64,000 nucleotides of DNA, taken from NCBI GenBank assembly GCA_904419725.1, contig CAJFSP010000002.1:1305-65304 (forward strand). Direction: 5' to 3'. Shown in pieces: positions 17,347 through 26,403 of this stretch. Position 1 is the stretch's first letter; every line of letters starts with the position of its first letter. The position numbers and the translations under genes were made by a program. The notes beneath the pieces are model-generated. The model was not told the DNA's origin. It made no database searches and was given only the letters and a program-made list of their open reading frames with translations. This DNA is from Candidatus Heteroclostridium caecigallinarum. Lineage in GTDB: Bacteria > Bacillota > Clostridia > Christensenellales > CAG-314.

Positions 17347-18273
17347 TTAAACGGAGGTCTGCTCCGAAGAAGCGGTAACTCTGTCGAGAAACGCCAGCAC
17401 GTCGTCGTACACTTCGTCACGGTTGACTTCGTTGAGCATTTCGTGGCGGCCGCCCTCATAAAGTTTGAGCGACAGATCCTTTACGCCGACGTCTTTGTAA
17501 TAATTGTAGAGTTTCGTAACCCCTTTGCCGTTTTTGCCGACCTGGTCGTCGCTGCCGGAGTAGATGTAAACAGGCAGGTCTTTGTTGAGTTTCTGCGCGT
17601 ACTCCTTGGTATAAAGGCTTTTGAGACCGATGAAAAACCATTTGTAAAAATTGGTTGAGCAGACATAACCGCACCGAGGGTCTTTTTTGTACTTTTCCGC
17701 CTCGGCGGCGTCAGACGTAAGCCAGCTGCCGTTGCCGTTCATCTTGTTCTGATATGAGCCGAAAGTCAGTTTGAAAATCAGTTTCGCCCTGACGAAATCG
17801 CCGTGACGGCGGTACATCCATCCGGAAAGAAACCTGCCGAAAGACACATCGGCGCCTTTCATGAAGGAAGAACCGCTGAGGATGAAAGCCGACGCGTGCT
17901 TGTTGTAAGGCATATACGCCTGCGTGAGAAAAGAACCGTAACTGTGCCCCAGCACCACGATAGGCAAATCGCCGTGCTGAATTTTGATATATTCAGTCAG
18001 GCGCAGCTGGTCGCTGAGGTCATTTTCCCACATGTCGCCCTCGTCCCAGCCGAGATGCTCCATGTCAACATTGAGTCCGCAGCCCCTGTGGTCGGTTCCG
18101 TAGACATAATAACCGTTTTTATTGAGAAATTTGGCGAAATTATGGTATCTGCCCATATGTTCCGCCATGCCGTGCACCAACTGCACGACGCCTTTCGGAC
18201 GAACTCGGATTTCGTCCCATATATACATTTTAACGACTTTGTCGTCGCCCACTCTGAAATCGACTATCTTCAT
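17347..18273 (-). CDS. Alpha/beta hydrolase (lysophospholipase/monoacylglycerol lipase-like), 308 aa
   Basis: HGMAEH oxyanion region, nucleophile elbow GHSYGS, C-terminal GGRHE. Confidence 0.75.
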   Translation of the reverse strand: MKIVDFRVGDDKVVKMYIWDEIRVRPKGVVQLVHGMAEHMGRYHNFAKFLNKNGYYVYGTDHRGCGLNVDMEHLGWDEGDMWENDLSDQLRLTEYIKIQHGDLPIVVLGHSYGSFLTQAYMPYNKHASAFILSGSSFMKGADVSFGRFLSGWMYRRHGDFVRAKLIFKLTFGSYQNKMNGNGSWLTSDAAEAEKYKKDPRCGYVCSTNFYKWFFIGLKSLYTKEYAQKLNKDLPVYIYSGSDDQVGKNGKGVTKLYNYYKDVGVKDLSLKLYEGGRHEMLNEVNRDEVYDDVLAFLDRVTASSEQTSV

Positions 18274-18419
18274 TTATATAAACTCCGTAAAAGAGGAAAA
18301 ACCCGTATATGTAACGCGCCGAAGCGCGGCAAGCAACAATTTCTACTATCTAATTATAGCAAAAAAACGCCATAAGTCAACAAGGTATTTTTATTTGCAA
18401 ACAAAGATATACTTTTATT

Positions 18420-19475
18420 ATGAAAACCATCGTATTTACAGGCGGCGGCACCGCCGGGCACGTCATGCCCAACATCGCCCTGATAGACATTCTGTCAAAA
18501 GAATACCGCTGCGTTTACATCGGCTCCGACGGTATGGAAAAGCGGCTCGCCCTGCCCGCCGTGGGCGAAGAAAACTATTTCGAGATAAACGCCGCCAAAT
18601 TCCGCCGCAAACTCACGCCGCAAAACCTGACACTTCCCTTCAAAGTGGCGCGCAGCGTCAAGCAGTGCGCCGGAATCCTGAAAAAACTGTCGCCGTCGCT
18701 GGTGTTCGCGAAAGGCGGATACGTTTCTTTTCCCGTGGCTCGCGCGGCGTTCAGGCTGAAAATCCCCGTCATCATTCACGAAAGCGACGCCAGCATGGGG
18801 CTGGCCAACAGGCTGATTAAAAACAAATGCGCCGCCGTGCTGACGTCGTTCGACTCCGCCGCGGCAAAATGCGGAAAAAACGCCGCGCGCATGGGCAGCC
18901 CGATACGTCAAAGCATTTATTCCGCCAATAAAAAACTCGGGCTGCTGTCCACCGGTTTCGACGGCAAGCGAAAAATCGTGTGCGTCGTGGGCGGAAGCCT
19001 TGGCGCGGCGTCGCTGAACAAACTTCTGCTCGAAGCGCTGCCGCTGGTCACAACCGACTACGACGTGTTTCTTATAAGCGGCAAAGGCAAAAAACTGCCA
19101 GTCGCCGCCGAAGGTTTCGCTCAGACGGAATTCGCCGACAATATTTTCGACATTTTCGCCGCGGCCGATGTCGTAGTGGCAAGGAGCGGCGCCAACACGG
19201 TGTTCGAACTCGCCGCCATGAGAAAACCCATGGTGCTCATCCCCCTTTCGCGCGCGACACGGGGCGAGCAAAAACAAAACGCCGAATATTTTTTTGAAAA
19301 AGGCTGCTGTCTAACCGCCGACGAGGACGCCCTCACCCCCGAAACGCTCAAGGGCAAAATAGACCTGGCCATCGCCGGCGCCGACAAAATGAAAGACAAC
19401 CAGCGCCGCCTGAAACCGGACGGCACAAAAGCAATCGCGGAAAAAATAAGGCAGATTGCCGAAAGACAAAATTAA
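18420..19475 (+). CDS. murG: Undecaprenyldiphospho-muramoylpentapeptide beta-N-acetylglucosaminyltransferase
   Basis: N-terminal FTGGGTAGHVMPNIAL, overall GT28 architecture, and the C-terminal motif RSGANTVFELAAMRKPMVLIP. Confidence 0.85.
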   Translation: MKTIVFTGGGTAGHVMPNIALIDILSKEYRCVYIGSDGMEKRLALPAVGEENYFEINAAKFRRKLTPQNLTLPFKVARSVKQCAGILKKLSPSLVFAKGGYVSFPVARAAFRLKIPVIIHESDASMGLANRLIKNKCAAVLTSFDSAAAKCGKNAARMGSPIRQSIYSANKKLGLLSTGFDGKRKIVCVVGGSLGAASLNKLLLEALPLVTTDYDVFLISGKGKKLPVAAEGFAQTEFADNIFDIFAAADVVVARSGANTVFELAAMRKPMVLIPLSRATRGEQKQNAEYFFEKGCCLTADEDALTPETLKGKIDLAIAGADKMKDNQRRLKPDGTKAIAEKIRQIAERQN

Positions 19476-19476
19476 A

Positions 19477-19497
19477 GGCGGCTTTGCCGCCTTTTTT
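19477..19497 (+). terminator. Intrinsic terminator after murG
   Basis: GGCGGC-TTT-GCCGCC followed by TTTTTT. Confidence 0.7.
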
Positions 19498-19499
19498 CA

Positions 19500-19682
19500 T
19501 CAGAAAATTCCTTCCAGCCTGCCGCCGAAATACTCCGTCAGAAAGTCCTCGTCGCCGGCTGCCGCGCGGCAGCCGCCGCGCGCGGAAACATTGTAGACAA
19601 ACAGTTTATTCGCGGAAGGCGGAGCGAACAGTTTTCTGGCTATGTCGGCAAGGTCGTAAGTGACGGTTTTTTGTTTTTTCAT
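19500..19682 (-). CDS. Small hypothetical protein, 60 aa
   Basis: The ATG at 19682 is preceded by AAGGAGA. There is no TM segment and no recognised motif. It is divergent from the WYL regulator. Confidence 0.35.
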   Translation of the reverse strand: MKKQKTVTYDLADIARKLFAPPSANKLFVYNVSARGGCRAAAGDEDFLTEYFGGRLEGIF

Positions 19683-19722
19683 GGTCTTTTCTCCTTTACG
19701 CCTTGATTTTAGCAAAACAATA

Positions 19723-19752
19723 TTGACAACTGTGTGTCAGCATTGATAAAAT
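19723..19752 (+). promoter_or_regulatory. Promoter of the WYL regulator (leaderless configuration)
   Basis: TTGACA, 18 nt spacer, TGaTAAAAT. The -10 ends 6 nt before the ATG at 19759 and there is no SD. Confidence 0.55.
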
Positions 19753-19758
19753 ATTTTT

Positions 19759-20676
19759 ATGCAAAACGATATTTTACTCGGCATGCTGTTTACGCTTGTA
19801 TCAGAAAAAAAGTGTACGGCAAAGCGGCTGGCCGCCAAATACGAAATAAGCGTCCGCACGGTTTACCGATATCTCGACGTGCTGAATCAGGCGGGGGTGC
19901 CGCTGGTTTCTTTTCAGGGCGCAGGCGGCGGAGTGGCGGTCGCCGACAATTTCAGGCTGGACAGAACATATTTCACCAAGGCGGAATACGACAAAATCAT
20001 TTCGGCGCTGGAAGCCTTCGATATATCCGCGGGCGGCGAAAGCGCGCTGATTGACAAATTCAAGGCGTTGTCGATGAGCGACTCCCCCGGGTATATCCTG
20101 CAAAGCGAAAATCTGTTTGTCGACACCCCGATGACCGGCGGTGCAAAAAACAAGATGGAAGCCTTCGGCGAAGCCATTTACGGCAACAAAGTCTGCCGGA
20201 TTGTCTATCACTCCCGCAAAGGCGAAATAACCGACAGAAAAATTCTGCCCCACGCCTTTACTTTCAAGGACGGACAATGGTACGTTTACGCCTTTTGCCG
20301 CAGCCGAAACGATTTCAGGCTGTTCAAGGTGTCGAGAGTATACTCGGTGTTTGTCACCGACGAAACTTTCGAAAGACTGCCGCTTCCGCCGAAGCGGCAG
20401 AGCGAAGACGAATACTCGGCACTGCCGAGAGTGGAAATTTCGCTGGAAGTCAGCGAAAAATGCCGTCCCGACGTGGAAGAATGGCTGGGCATAGAAAACG
20501 TGCGCAGAAGCGGAAACGGCTTTTACGCCTCAGCCGTCCAGGTTTACGACAGGCAGTTGATTTCGCGGCTCATGAGTTTCGGCGACGGCGTTAAAGTGCT
20601 CGCCCCGCAGGAAGTCAGAGACGACGTGCGGCGCACGCTTAAAGCCGCCCTTTCCGTTTACGGCGAAAAAGAATAA
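19759..20676 (+). CDS. HTH-WYL domain transcriptional regulator (YafY/PafBC-like), 305 aa
   Basis: N-terminal wHTH (AKRLAAKYEISVRTVYRYLDVL) and a central WYL-type region (HAFTFKDGQWYVYAFCRSRNDFRLFKVSRV). Confidence 0.8.
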   Translation: MQNDILLGMLFTLVSEKKCTAKRLAAKYEISVRTVYRYLDVLNQAGVPLVSFQGAGGGVAVADNFRLDRTYFTKAEYDKIISALEAFDISAGGESALIDKFKALSMSDSPGYILQSENLFVDTPMTGGAKNKMEAFGEAIYGNKVCRIVYHSRKGEITDRKILPHAFTFKDGQWYVYAFCRSRNDFRLFKVSRVYSVFVTDETFERLPLPPKRQSEDEYSALPRVEISLEVSEKCRPDVEEWLGIENVRRSGNGFYASAVQVYDRQLISRLMSFGDGVKVLAPQEVRDDVRRTLKAALSVYGEKE

Positions 20677-20700
20677 AAAAGACGCGCAAAAAGCGCGCCT

Positions 20701-21804
20701 TTATTTTTTGCCGAAGGATTTTGTCAAAACGTCGGATTTATATCCGTACACGGCGTCCTGACGGCGTTTCATGTCGGCCGCCGCCTCGTCAATAAGCGTT
20801 TTTATGAGCGACGCCATGTCAAACTCGTCCCGCCAGAGATAATACGCCAGCGACCCGGGTATGGTGTTGATTTCGTTGACGAAAAAACCGTCGTCCGTCA
20901 CAAGAAAATCCACCCTGACAACCCCTTTGCAGTCAAGGGCGGAATATATCTTTCTGACGGCGTCCGCCATGTCGCCGTACATCGGGCACTCGAACGGAAA
21001 TCTCCGCTTGCTTTCCGCCATGCCCTTGCGCCCTGCCGAATATTTGTCTTCAAAAGAAAGATATTCGTGCCATGTCAGCGGATTTTCCGCTTTGCTGACC
21101 AGGATTTCACCGCCCTTTTTGACGGCGGCGATGTTTACGTCGGAAAAGTTTTTCAGCGCCTGCTCCACAATGGCTCTTTCGTCAAACTCAAAAGCCGTAT
21201 CGAGAGCGCGCATAAGTTCGCCGTCGTTGCCGCACACGGAAATGCCGATGCTGGACCCCAGATTGCATGGTTTGACAATCGCCGGATATCCCAAAGCCCC
21301 GCTTATTTCGTCTATGACGCCCACTTTGTTCGATTGGTATTTTCTTTTGTCTGTCCACGCGCTTTTGGTCACGGGCAGCCCCAGCCCTTTGACAAACTCC
21401 TTAAAAACTATTTTGTCCATGCCCACGGCGGAAGCGGTAACTCCGCATGAAGTATAGGGCACGCCGCACAGTTCCAAAAGCCCCTGCGCCCTGCCGTCTT
21501 CGCCGTTTACGCCGTGAAAGCACAACAGCGCGGCGTCGACGTCGAAAATTTTTTTAAGTTTTCCGCCCTTTTTAAGCCAGAGCGTTTTATACGGCGGCAC
21601 AAAGGCGACTTCGGGCAGACGTTTTATTTTTTCTTTGTCGGCGAAATCCGACGGACTCGGCATATTTTTCGCCAGCAGCCATTTTCCTTCTCTCGAAACA
21701 TACACTTCGGCAAAGTTTTTCATGTTCGCCGCCGCCTGCTTTGCCGTTATCACGGAAATGTCGTGCTCGCAGCTCTTTCCGCCGTACATAATCACCACAT
21801 TCAT
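20701..21804 (-). CDS. ddl: D-alanine--D-alanine ligase
   Basis: Motifs YGGKSCEHDISV, HGVNGEDGRAQGLLE, NEINTIPGS. Confidence 0.9.
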   Translation of the reverse strand: MNVVIMYGGKSCEHDISVITAKQAAANMKNFAEVYVSREGKWLLAKNMPSPSDFADKEKIKRLPEVAFVPPYKTLWLKKGGKLKKIFDVDAALLCFHGVNGEDGRAQGLLELCGVPYTSCGVTASAVGMDKIVFKEFVKGLGLPVTKSAWTDKRKYQSNKVGVIDEISGALGYPAIVKPCNLGSSIGISVCGNDGELMRALDTAFEFDERAIVEQALKNFSDVNIAAVKKGGEILVSKAENPLTWHEYLSFEDKYSAGRKGMAESKRRFPFECPMYGDMADAVRKIYSALDCKGVVRVDFLVTDDGFFVNEINTIPGSLAYYLWRDEFDMASLIKTLIDEAAADMKRRQDAVYGYKSDVLTKSFGKK

Positions 21805-21813
21805 AAAACACCC

Positions 21814-23307
21814 CTAAATGATATTGTCGGGCAGGTCGTTGGAAAACAGGACGACATCGCCCGCCGACGCCATTCCGCCCATTTTTGCGACGGCGGCGGC
21901 GGTGCTGTCGCACAGAAAAATTCTGTCGCCGTCGAACCCCTCCTGAACAAGCCCCTTTTTCATGAAAGGAGCGTTTACGCCCACCAGAAAAGCGTAGTCA
22001 CAGCTGTCCGCCATGAGCCGCCCCACGGTTACGTTGAGCGCCGCCGAATGCTTTCCGCCCTCCACTATACCCGACGCTATTACGAATTTTTTGCCGCCGA
22101 AAGTTTTCAGAACCTTCATGCTTTCGCGCACTCCGTTGACGTTTGCGTTGTAACTGTCGTCCAGAATACTCAGTCCGTTCGCGGCTTTAATCAGCTGCAG
22201 TCTGTGCGGCGTGTATTCCGTTTTTTCCGCCGCCGCGGCGACGTCGTCCGCGTTTAAGCCGATATAAAGCCCTACGGCGGCACACAGGCATATGTTGGAC
22301 ACATTGTGCGCCCCCAAAAGTTTCGTCTTACAGGCGAAATCTCCGTTTTTACCTTTCAGAATAAACCGACAGCCTTCGCTGTCGCACCCGGTGATTTTAT
22401 ATGAAAAATCACGGGCGGTTTCGCCGCACACGAATATTTTTCTGCCGTATGACGGCGGCGACGCGAGATACGGACAGTCGCCGTTGACAAACACGGCGGC
22501 GTCTTCCTTAGCGAACCTGACCGCTTCGAATTTCGTCTTTATTATATTCGGTATGCTGCCGAATGTTTCCAGATGCTGCGGTGCTATACCCGTAATAACG
22601 ACTATATCGGGGCGGACTATACGGCACAGTTCTTCTATATCTCCCTCTTTTCTCGCGCCCATTTCGCAGATGAAATAATCTTTACCTGCAAAATCGCTCC
22701 GGTTGACGCACAGCGCGATTCCCATGGGCGTGTTGTAACTCGAAGGCGTTTTTACCACGGCGTATTTTTCCGACAGCATGTCGTACAAAATATTTTTTAC
22801 GCTTGTCTTGCCGTAACTCCCCGTCACGGCGATGACTTTGAGATTTTCCGCCGAGGCGAGTTTGTTTTTCGCCCTCGTGATATACTTGGCCCGCACGCAT
22901 ATTTCCACCGGCTCGTTTACCGGCACGGATAAAACCGCGGCAAACGGCAGAAAGAGAAACGCCGCCGGATTGAACACAAAAGCGGCGAGCAGCAAAAATA
23001 TCCACTGCGTAACCATCAGCCGGCACATCCTGGCGGTAAACCTCAGAGGCGTTTTTTTCTTTTCGGTAACGCACGAAACCGCCAGCAGAACCGTCAGAAC
23101 AACGTGAACGTAAATCCACGCCGACGGCAAAAGAAAAAAAGCGGCCGCGCTTACGGCGAAAAACGCCGCCGAAAGTAAAAAATACATGGTTTTGAAATAT
23201 ACCCAAAACCCTTTTCCGATTTTATAGCCATTCAGTTGCAGAAAACAGTCGGCCTTGAAAGCGCAGACAGAATACACAAGTGACAGAATTATGTTTTCAA
23301 AAATCAT
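21814..23307 (-). CDS. murF: UDP-MurNAc-tripeptide--D-Ala-D-Ala ligase with an N-terminal polytopic membrane domain, 497 aa
   Basis: Mur ligase P-loop VTGSYGKTS, DDSYNAN motif, and adjacency to ddl. The first ~135 aa are hydrophobic (about 4 TM helices) in place of the usual MurF N-domain. Confidence 0.75.
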   Translation of the reverse strand: MIFENIILSLVYSVCAFKADCFLQLNGYKIGKGFWVYFKTMYFLLSAAFFAVSAAAFFLLPSAWIYVHVVLTVLLAVSCVTEKKKTPLRFTARMCRLMVTQWIFLLLAAFVFNPAAFLFLPFAAVLSVPVNEPVEICVRAKYITRAKNKLASAENLKVIAVTGSYGKTSVKNILYDMLSEKYAVVKTPSSYNTPMGIALCVNRSDFAGKDYFICEMGARKEGDIEELCRIVRPDIVVITGIAPQHLETFGSIPNIIKTKFEAVRFAKEDAAVFVNGDCPYLASPPSYGRKIFVCGETARDFSYKITGCDSEGCRFILKGKNGDFACKTKLLGAHNVSNICLCAAVGLYIGLNADDVAAAAEKTEYTPHRLQLIKAANGLSILDDSYNANVNGVRESMKVLKTFGGKKFVIASGIVEGGKHSAALNVTVGRLMADSCDYAFLVGVNAPFMKKGLVQEGFDGDRIFLCDSTAAAVAKMGGMASAGDVVLFSNDLPDNII

Positions 23308-24053
23308 ATAACCCCGAAAAAACTCCTGACAGTTTTATCGAAAAGGTAAAAATCGTCCAGATAAGAAAAATGACCCGCATCATTAACGATGACAAGTCCG
23401 CTGCCGTGAATAAGTTTATTGTATTTTTTCGCCATATAAAGCGGCGTGGCGTCGTCTTTTTTGCCCCACACAAGCAAGGTTTCCGCTTTGATTTTCCGGG
23501 CTTCCTTTTCCAGAAAATCGTTGACCACCCTGACGAAAACGCCACGCATGACGCCGTCCGCCGCGCGGTAATCGTCGCTTCCACATTCCGCCAGCGCCGA
23601 AGCGTCGGCCCTGCCGGCGGCCACTTTTCTTTTAAGCCGCCTGTAACGGGCGACGGCAAGCCTCTTTGCCGGGCTGAATTTCGGTCTGATGCCGGCGGCG
23701 TCGCACAGCACGAGTTTTCCGACAAATTCCGGATACTCCGCCGCGAGCAGCACGGCGATTCTCCCGCCGAAACTGTGCCCTATTATGTGCGCTTCCCGCG
23801 CGCCGACGCGGGCGGCGAATTCCATAACCATGTCGGCGTACCAATAGGTATCGGCGCCGTCCGCCGGCGCCGCGCTGTCGCCGAACCCCCAAAGGTCCGG
23901 ACAATAAACGTGAAAATAGTTTTTCAGACTGTTAAAAACAGGGGTGAAACTCTTGTTGTTTCCACCCCATCCGTGAAGCAGCAAAAGGTTTTTGCCGCTG
24001 CCTTCTTCTCTGTAAAACGTGTCAAATCCGCCGACCTTGATGATTTTCTCCAT
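23304..24053 (-). CDS. Alpha/beta hydrolase, 249 aa
   Basis: LLLLHGWGGN and nucleophile elbow GHSFGG. ATGA overlap with murF. Confidence 0.75.
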   Translation of the reverse strand: MEKIIKVGGFDTFYREEGSGKNLLLLHGWGGNNKSFTPVFNSLKNYFHVYCPDLWGFGDSAAPADGADTYWYADMVMEFAARVGAREAHIIGHSFGGRIAVLLAAEYPEFVGKLVLCDAAGIRPKFSPAKRLAVARYRRLKRKVAAGRADASALAECGSDDYRAADGVMRGVFVRVVNDFLEKEARKIKAETLLVWGKKDDATPLYMAKKYNKLIHGSGLVIVNDAGHFSYLDDFYLFDKTVRSFFGVI

Positions 24054-24486
24054 CGCTCTCCTCTGTCAGCCACATTATTTCGGCGTCCTCGCCGTGATAA
24101 TATCCTTTGCGAATCCCAACCGAAACAAACCCGGTGCCGGCGTAAAGACTTTTCGCCGCGCGGTTGTTAACGTTGACTTCCAGAGTAAATCTGTTTATTC
24201 CCCTTTTTAGGCAATAATCTTTCAGCCCGTTTATGAGCGCGGAGGCAACTCCCCTGCGGCGGAATTCGGGCACGACCGCCACGTTGTTGATGTCGGCCTC
24301 GTCGATAATCAGCCTGGCGCATATATAGCCGACGGTTTCGCCGCCCGAGACCGCCCCCAGAAACACGGCGCCTCCGTCCATTTCGCTTTTCAGCATTCCG
24401 TAGTTCCACGCGTCGGCGCCGAAACAGATTTTTTCTATTTCGGCAAGCCTCGGCAAGTCGTCAAAGCCCAGCGGCGTTATCTGCAT
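24022..24486 (-). CDS. rimI: Ribosomal-protein-alanine N-acetyltransferase (GNAT)
   Basis: GNAT motif A (VVPEFRRRGVASALI) and position after tsaE-tsaB. Confidence 0.8.
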   Translation of the reverse strand: MQITPLGFDDLPRLAEIEKICFGADAWNYGMLKSEMDGGAVFLGAVSGGETVGYICARLIIDEADINNVAVVPEFRRRGVASALINGLKDYCLKRGINRFTLEVNVNNRAAKSLYAGTGFVSVGIRKGYYHGEDAEIMWLTEESDGENHQGRRI

Positions 24487-25046
24487 TTGTTTTCCTCCGC
24501 CTGGCTTTTTCTTATATACAGCGGCACCAAAGCGTTGGCATAAAGCCCGCGGGCGACTTTTTCGTCTATGAGCGAAATAAATTTGTTGCTGTAATCGGTT
24601 TCGTCGTCATAAACGATTTCTTTGCCGTGCGGCGGCGGAGTCACGAAATGCGCCGCTTCGCCGACCGCCGCGCCGTCTTTGAAACGCTGGAAATACACGC
24701 CCCTGTTGTCGGGCACCAGCACCGAAACGTCGTTCCCTTCATTATATGCCAATATCTCAAACGTGTTGACGGCCACCAATTTTTTTGGACGCGCCAGGCA
24801 AAACCCCTTGATTGAGGCGATGCCTACCCTTATCCCCGTGAAGGAACCGACGCCCACGTTGCAGGCGTAAACGTCAACGTCGTCAAAAGTCATGCCCGCT
24901 TTTTTCATCATTTCGTCTATTTGACCGTTGAGAACAACGCTGTGGTTGAGGCGGCAGTCCCTGTTGAACTCCGCCAGCCATTTCCCGCCGAATCTGACGG
25001 CGACGGTGAGATGCCTGCCCGTTGTGTCTATCGCCAGAATGTTCAT
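24477..25046 (-). CDS. tsaB: tRNA t6A biosynthesis protein TsaB, 189 aa
   Basis: The ATG at 25046 overlaps the tsaE TGA (ATGA). N-terminus MNILAIDTTG and GVGSFTGIRVG. Confidence 0.8.
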   Translation of the reverse strand: MNILAIDTTGRHLTVAVRFGGKWLAEFNRDCRLNHSVVLNGQIDEMMKKAGMTFDDVDVYACNVGVGSFTGIRVGIASIKGFCLARPKKLVAVNTFEILAYNEGNDVSVLVPDNRGVYFQRFKDGAAVGEAAHFVTPPPHGKEIVYDDETDYSNKFISLIDEKVARGLYANALVPLYIRKSQAEENKCR

Positions 25047-25456
25047 TTTATCTTTATCTTCCTTTTTTCTTCGCCTGTTTTTTCTATATTCACCCTGATT
25101 ACCTTGTCGGGGAGCAGTCCCTTTATATTCTCCGCCCACTCGATAAGGCACACACAGTCTTTCCCGCCGAAAAACTCGTCCAGTCCGAGCACTTCGGCTT
25201 CGGTTTCGTCCAGGCGGTAAAAATCAAAGTGGTTGAGCGTGAGCCTACCTTCGTACGAATTGTGTATGGCAAACGTCGGGCTGGTAACTTCCTGCGCGAC
25301 GCCCAGCGCCTTCGCCACGCCTTTGGCGAACACCGTTTTGCCCGCGCCCAGTTCGCCCGACAGCAAAACCACTTCGCCGCCGACAAATTTTTCCGCGAGG
25401 TTTTCCGCCGCTTTTATGGTGTCTTCGCGGCTTGAAGAAACAAAAACTTTTTCCAT
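25043..25456 (-). CDS. tsaE: tRNA t6A biosynthesis ATPase TsaE
   Basis: P-loop GELGAGKTVFAKG and SPTFAI. Confidence 0.85.
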   Translation of the reverse strand: MEKVFVSSSREDTIKAAENLAEKFVGGEVVLLSGELGAGKTVFAKGVAKALGVAQEVTSPTFAIHNSYEGRLTLNHFDFYRLDETEAEVLGLDEFFGGKDCVCLIEWAENIKGLLPDKVIRVNIEKTGEEKRKIKIK

Positions 25457-25546
25457 ATCAAAACAAAAAGGCTTAAATACGTTTAAGCCTTTTAATTATA
25501 ACCTTATCCCGCCGTGTTTGCAACCGCAAATCGCAAACGAGAAACA

Positions 25547-26173
25547 TTACATATGTAAAATCGGGCTGACGTGTTTATACAGCAAAAAGGTGAACAGCAC
25601 CACAAGAGCGCAGCGCAGTATGTTGAACGGTATGACGCCTATGGTGAGATAGAAGCCGTAAAACGTCTGCTGCGTAACCCCCGGATACAGCGCCGACACC
25701 ATGCCGAGTATGGCGTCCCACCCGTAAAGACCGGCGTAAAACGGTATCAGCATGAGCCAGTTTGTCAGTACTGCCGCCGCCACCGAGCACAGCGCGCCGA
25801 CGAGCGCGCCGATTAAAGCGCCCTTTTTCGTCTTGTGCTTTCTGTAAATAAGCGTCGCCGGAAGCACAAAGGCTATGCCGAAAATCAAATCGCCAAGTTC
25901 GCCCACACAGCCGGTGGTGGAAAACGGCATTTTGATAAGACACTTAATCACTATAACGACGCAGCCCGCCAAAGGCCCCATGGAAAACCCGCCTATAAGC
26001 GCCGGCAGTTCCGACACCTGAATATCCAGAAACGACGGAAACAGCATAGGCAGCGGAAACTTGACCCACATGTACAGCACAAAAGACAGCGCCGACAGAA
26101 CAGCCACTTTCGCCAGCGTTTTGGTGGTGAAACGGCTCTTGTTTTGCTTTTCGGTTTGTTGAACTTGTTCCAT
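25547..26173 (-). CDS. ribU: ECF-type riboflavin transporter S component, 208 aa
   Basis: The ATG at 26173 has an AGGAGG SD. It is a polytopic membrane protein of the ECF S-component type and sits directly behind an FMN riboswitch. Confidence 0.75.
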   Translation of the reverse strand: MEQVQQTEKQNKSRFTTKTLAKVAVLSALSFVLYMWVKFPLPMLFPSFLDIQVSELPALIGGFSMGPLAGCVVIVIKCLIKMPFSTTGCVGELGDLIFGIAFVLPATLIYRKHKTKKGALIGALVGALCSVAAAVLTNWLMLIPFYAGLYGWDAILGMVSALYPGVTQQTFYGFYLTIGVIPFNILRCALVVLFTFLLYKHVSPILHM

Positions 26174-26204
26174 TTTTCTTCCCTCCTTATCTCCGGTCAA
26201 TGAC

Positions 26205-26238
26205 AAGAAGAAAAGCCCCCGACAATAACGTCAGGGGC
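26205..26238 (-). terminator. Expression-platform terminator of the FMN riboswitch
   Basis: GCCCCTGACGTTATTGTCGGGGGC followed by TTTTCTTCTT on the minus strand. Confidence 0.75.
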
Positions 26239-26274
26239 AAATGAAAACCATTTTCCGCCGGAAAGCGGCTGTCT

Positions 26275-26395
26275 TGTCATTCTTTTCTCATCCAGACTTT
26301 AACTGTCGGTGCGGGAATCTCACCCGTCTCCTGCGCGCGAGCGCTCACGGACTATACCGTCGGTAAGGACTTTCACCTTGCCCCAAAGAATTTAT
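26275..26395 (-). promoter_or_regulatory. FMN riboswitch (RFN element)
   Basis: The minus strand reads TTCTTTGGGGCAAGGTGAAAGTCCTTACCGACGGTATAGTCCGTGAGC...GGTGAGATTCCCGCACCGACAGTTAAAGTCTGGATGAGAAAAGA. This matches the conserved RFN cores. Confidence 0.88.
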
Positions 26396-26403
26396 CTGTC
26401 ATT

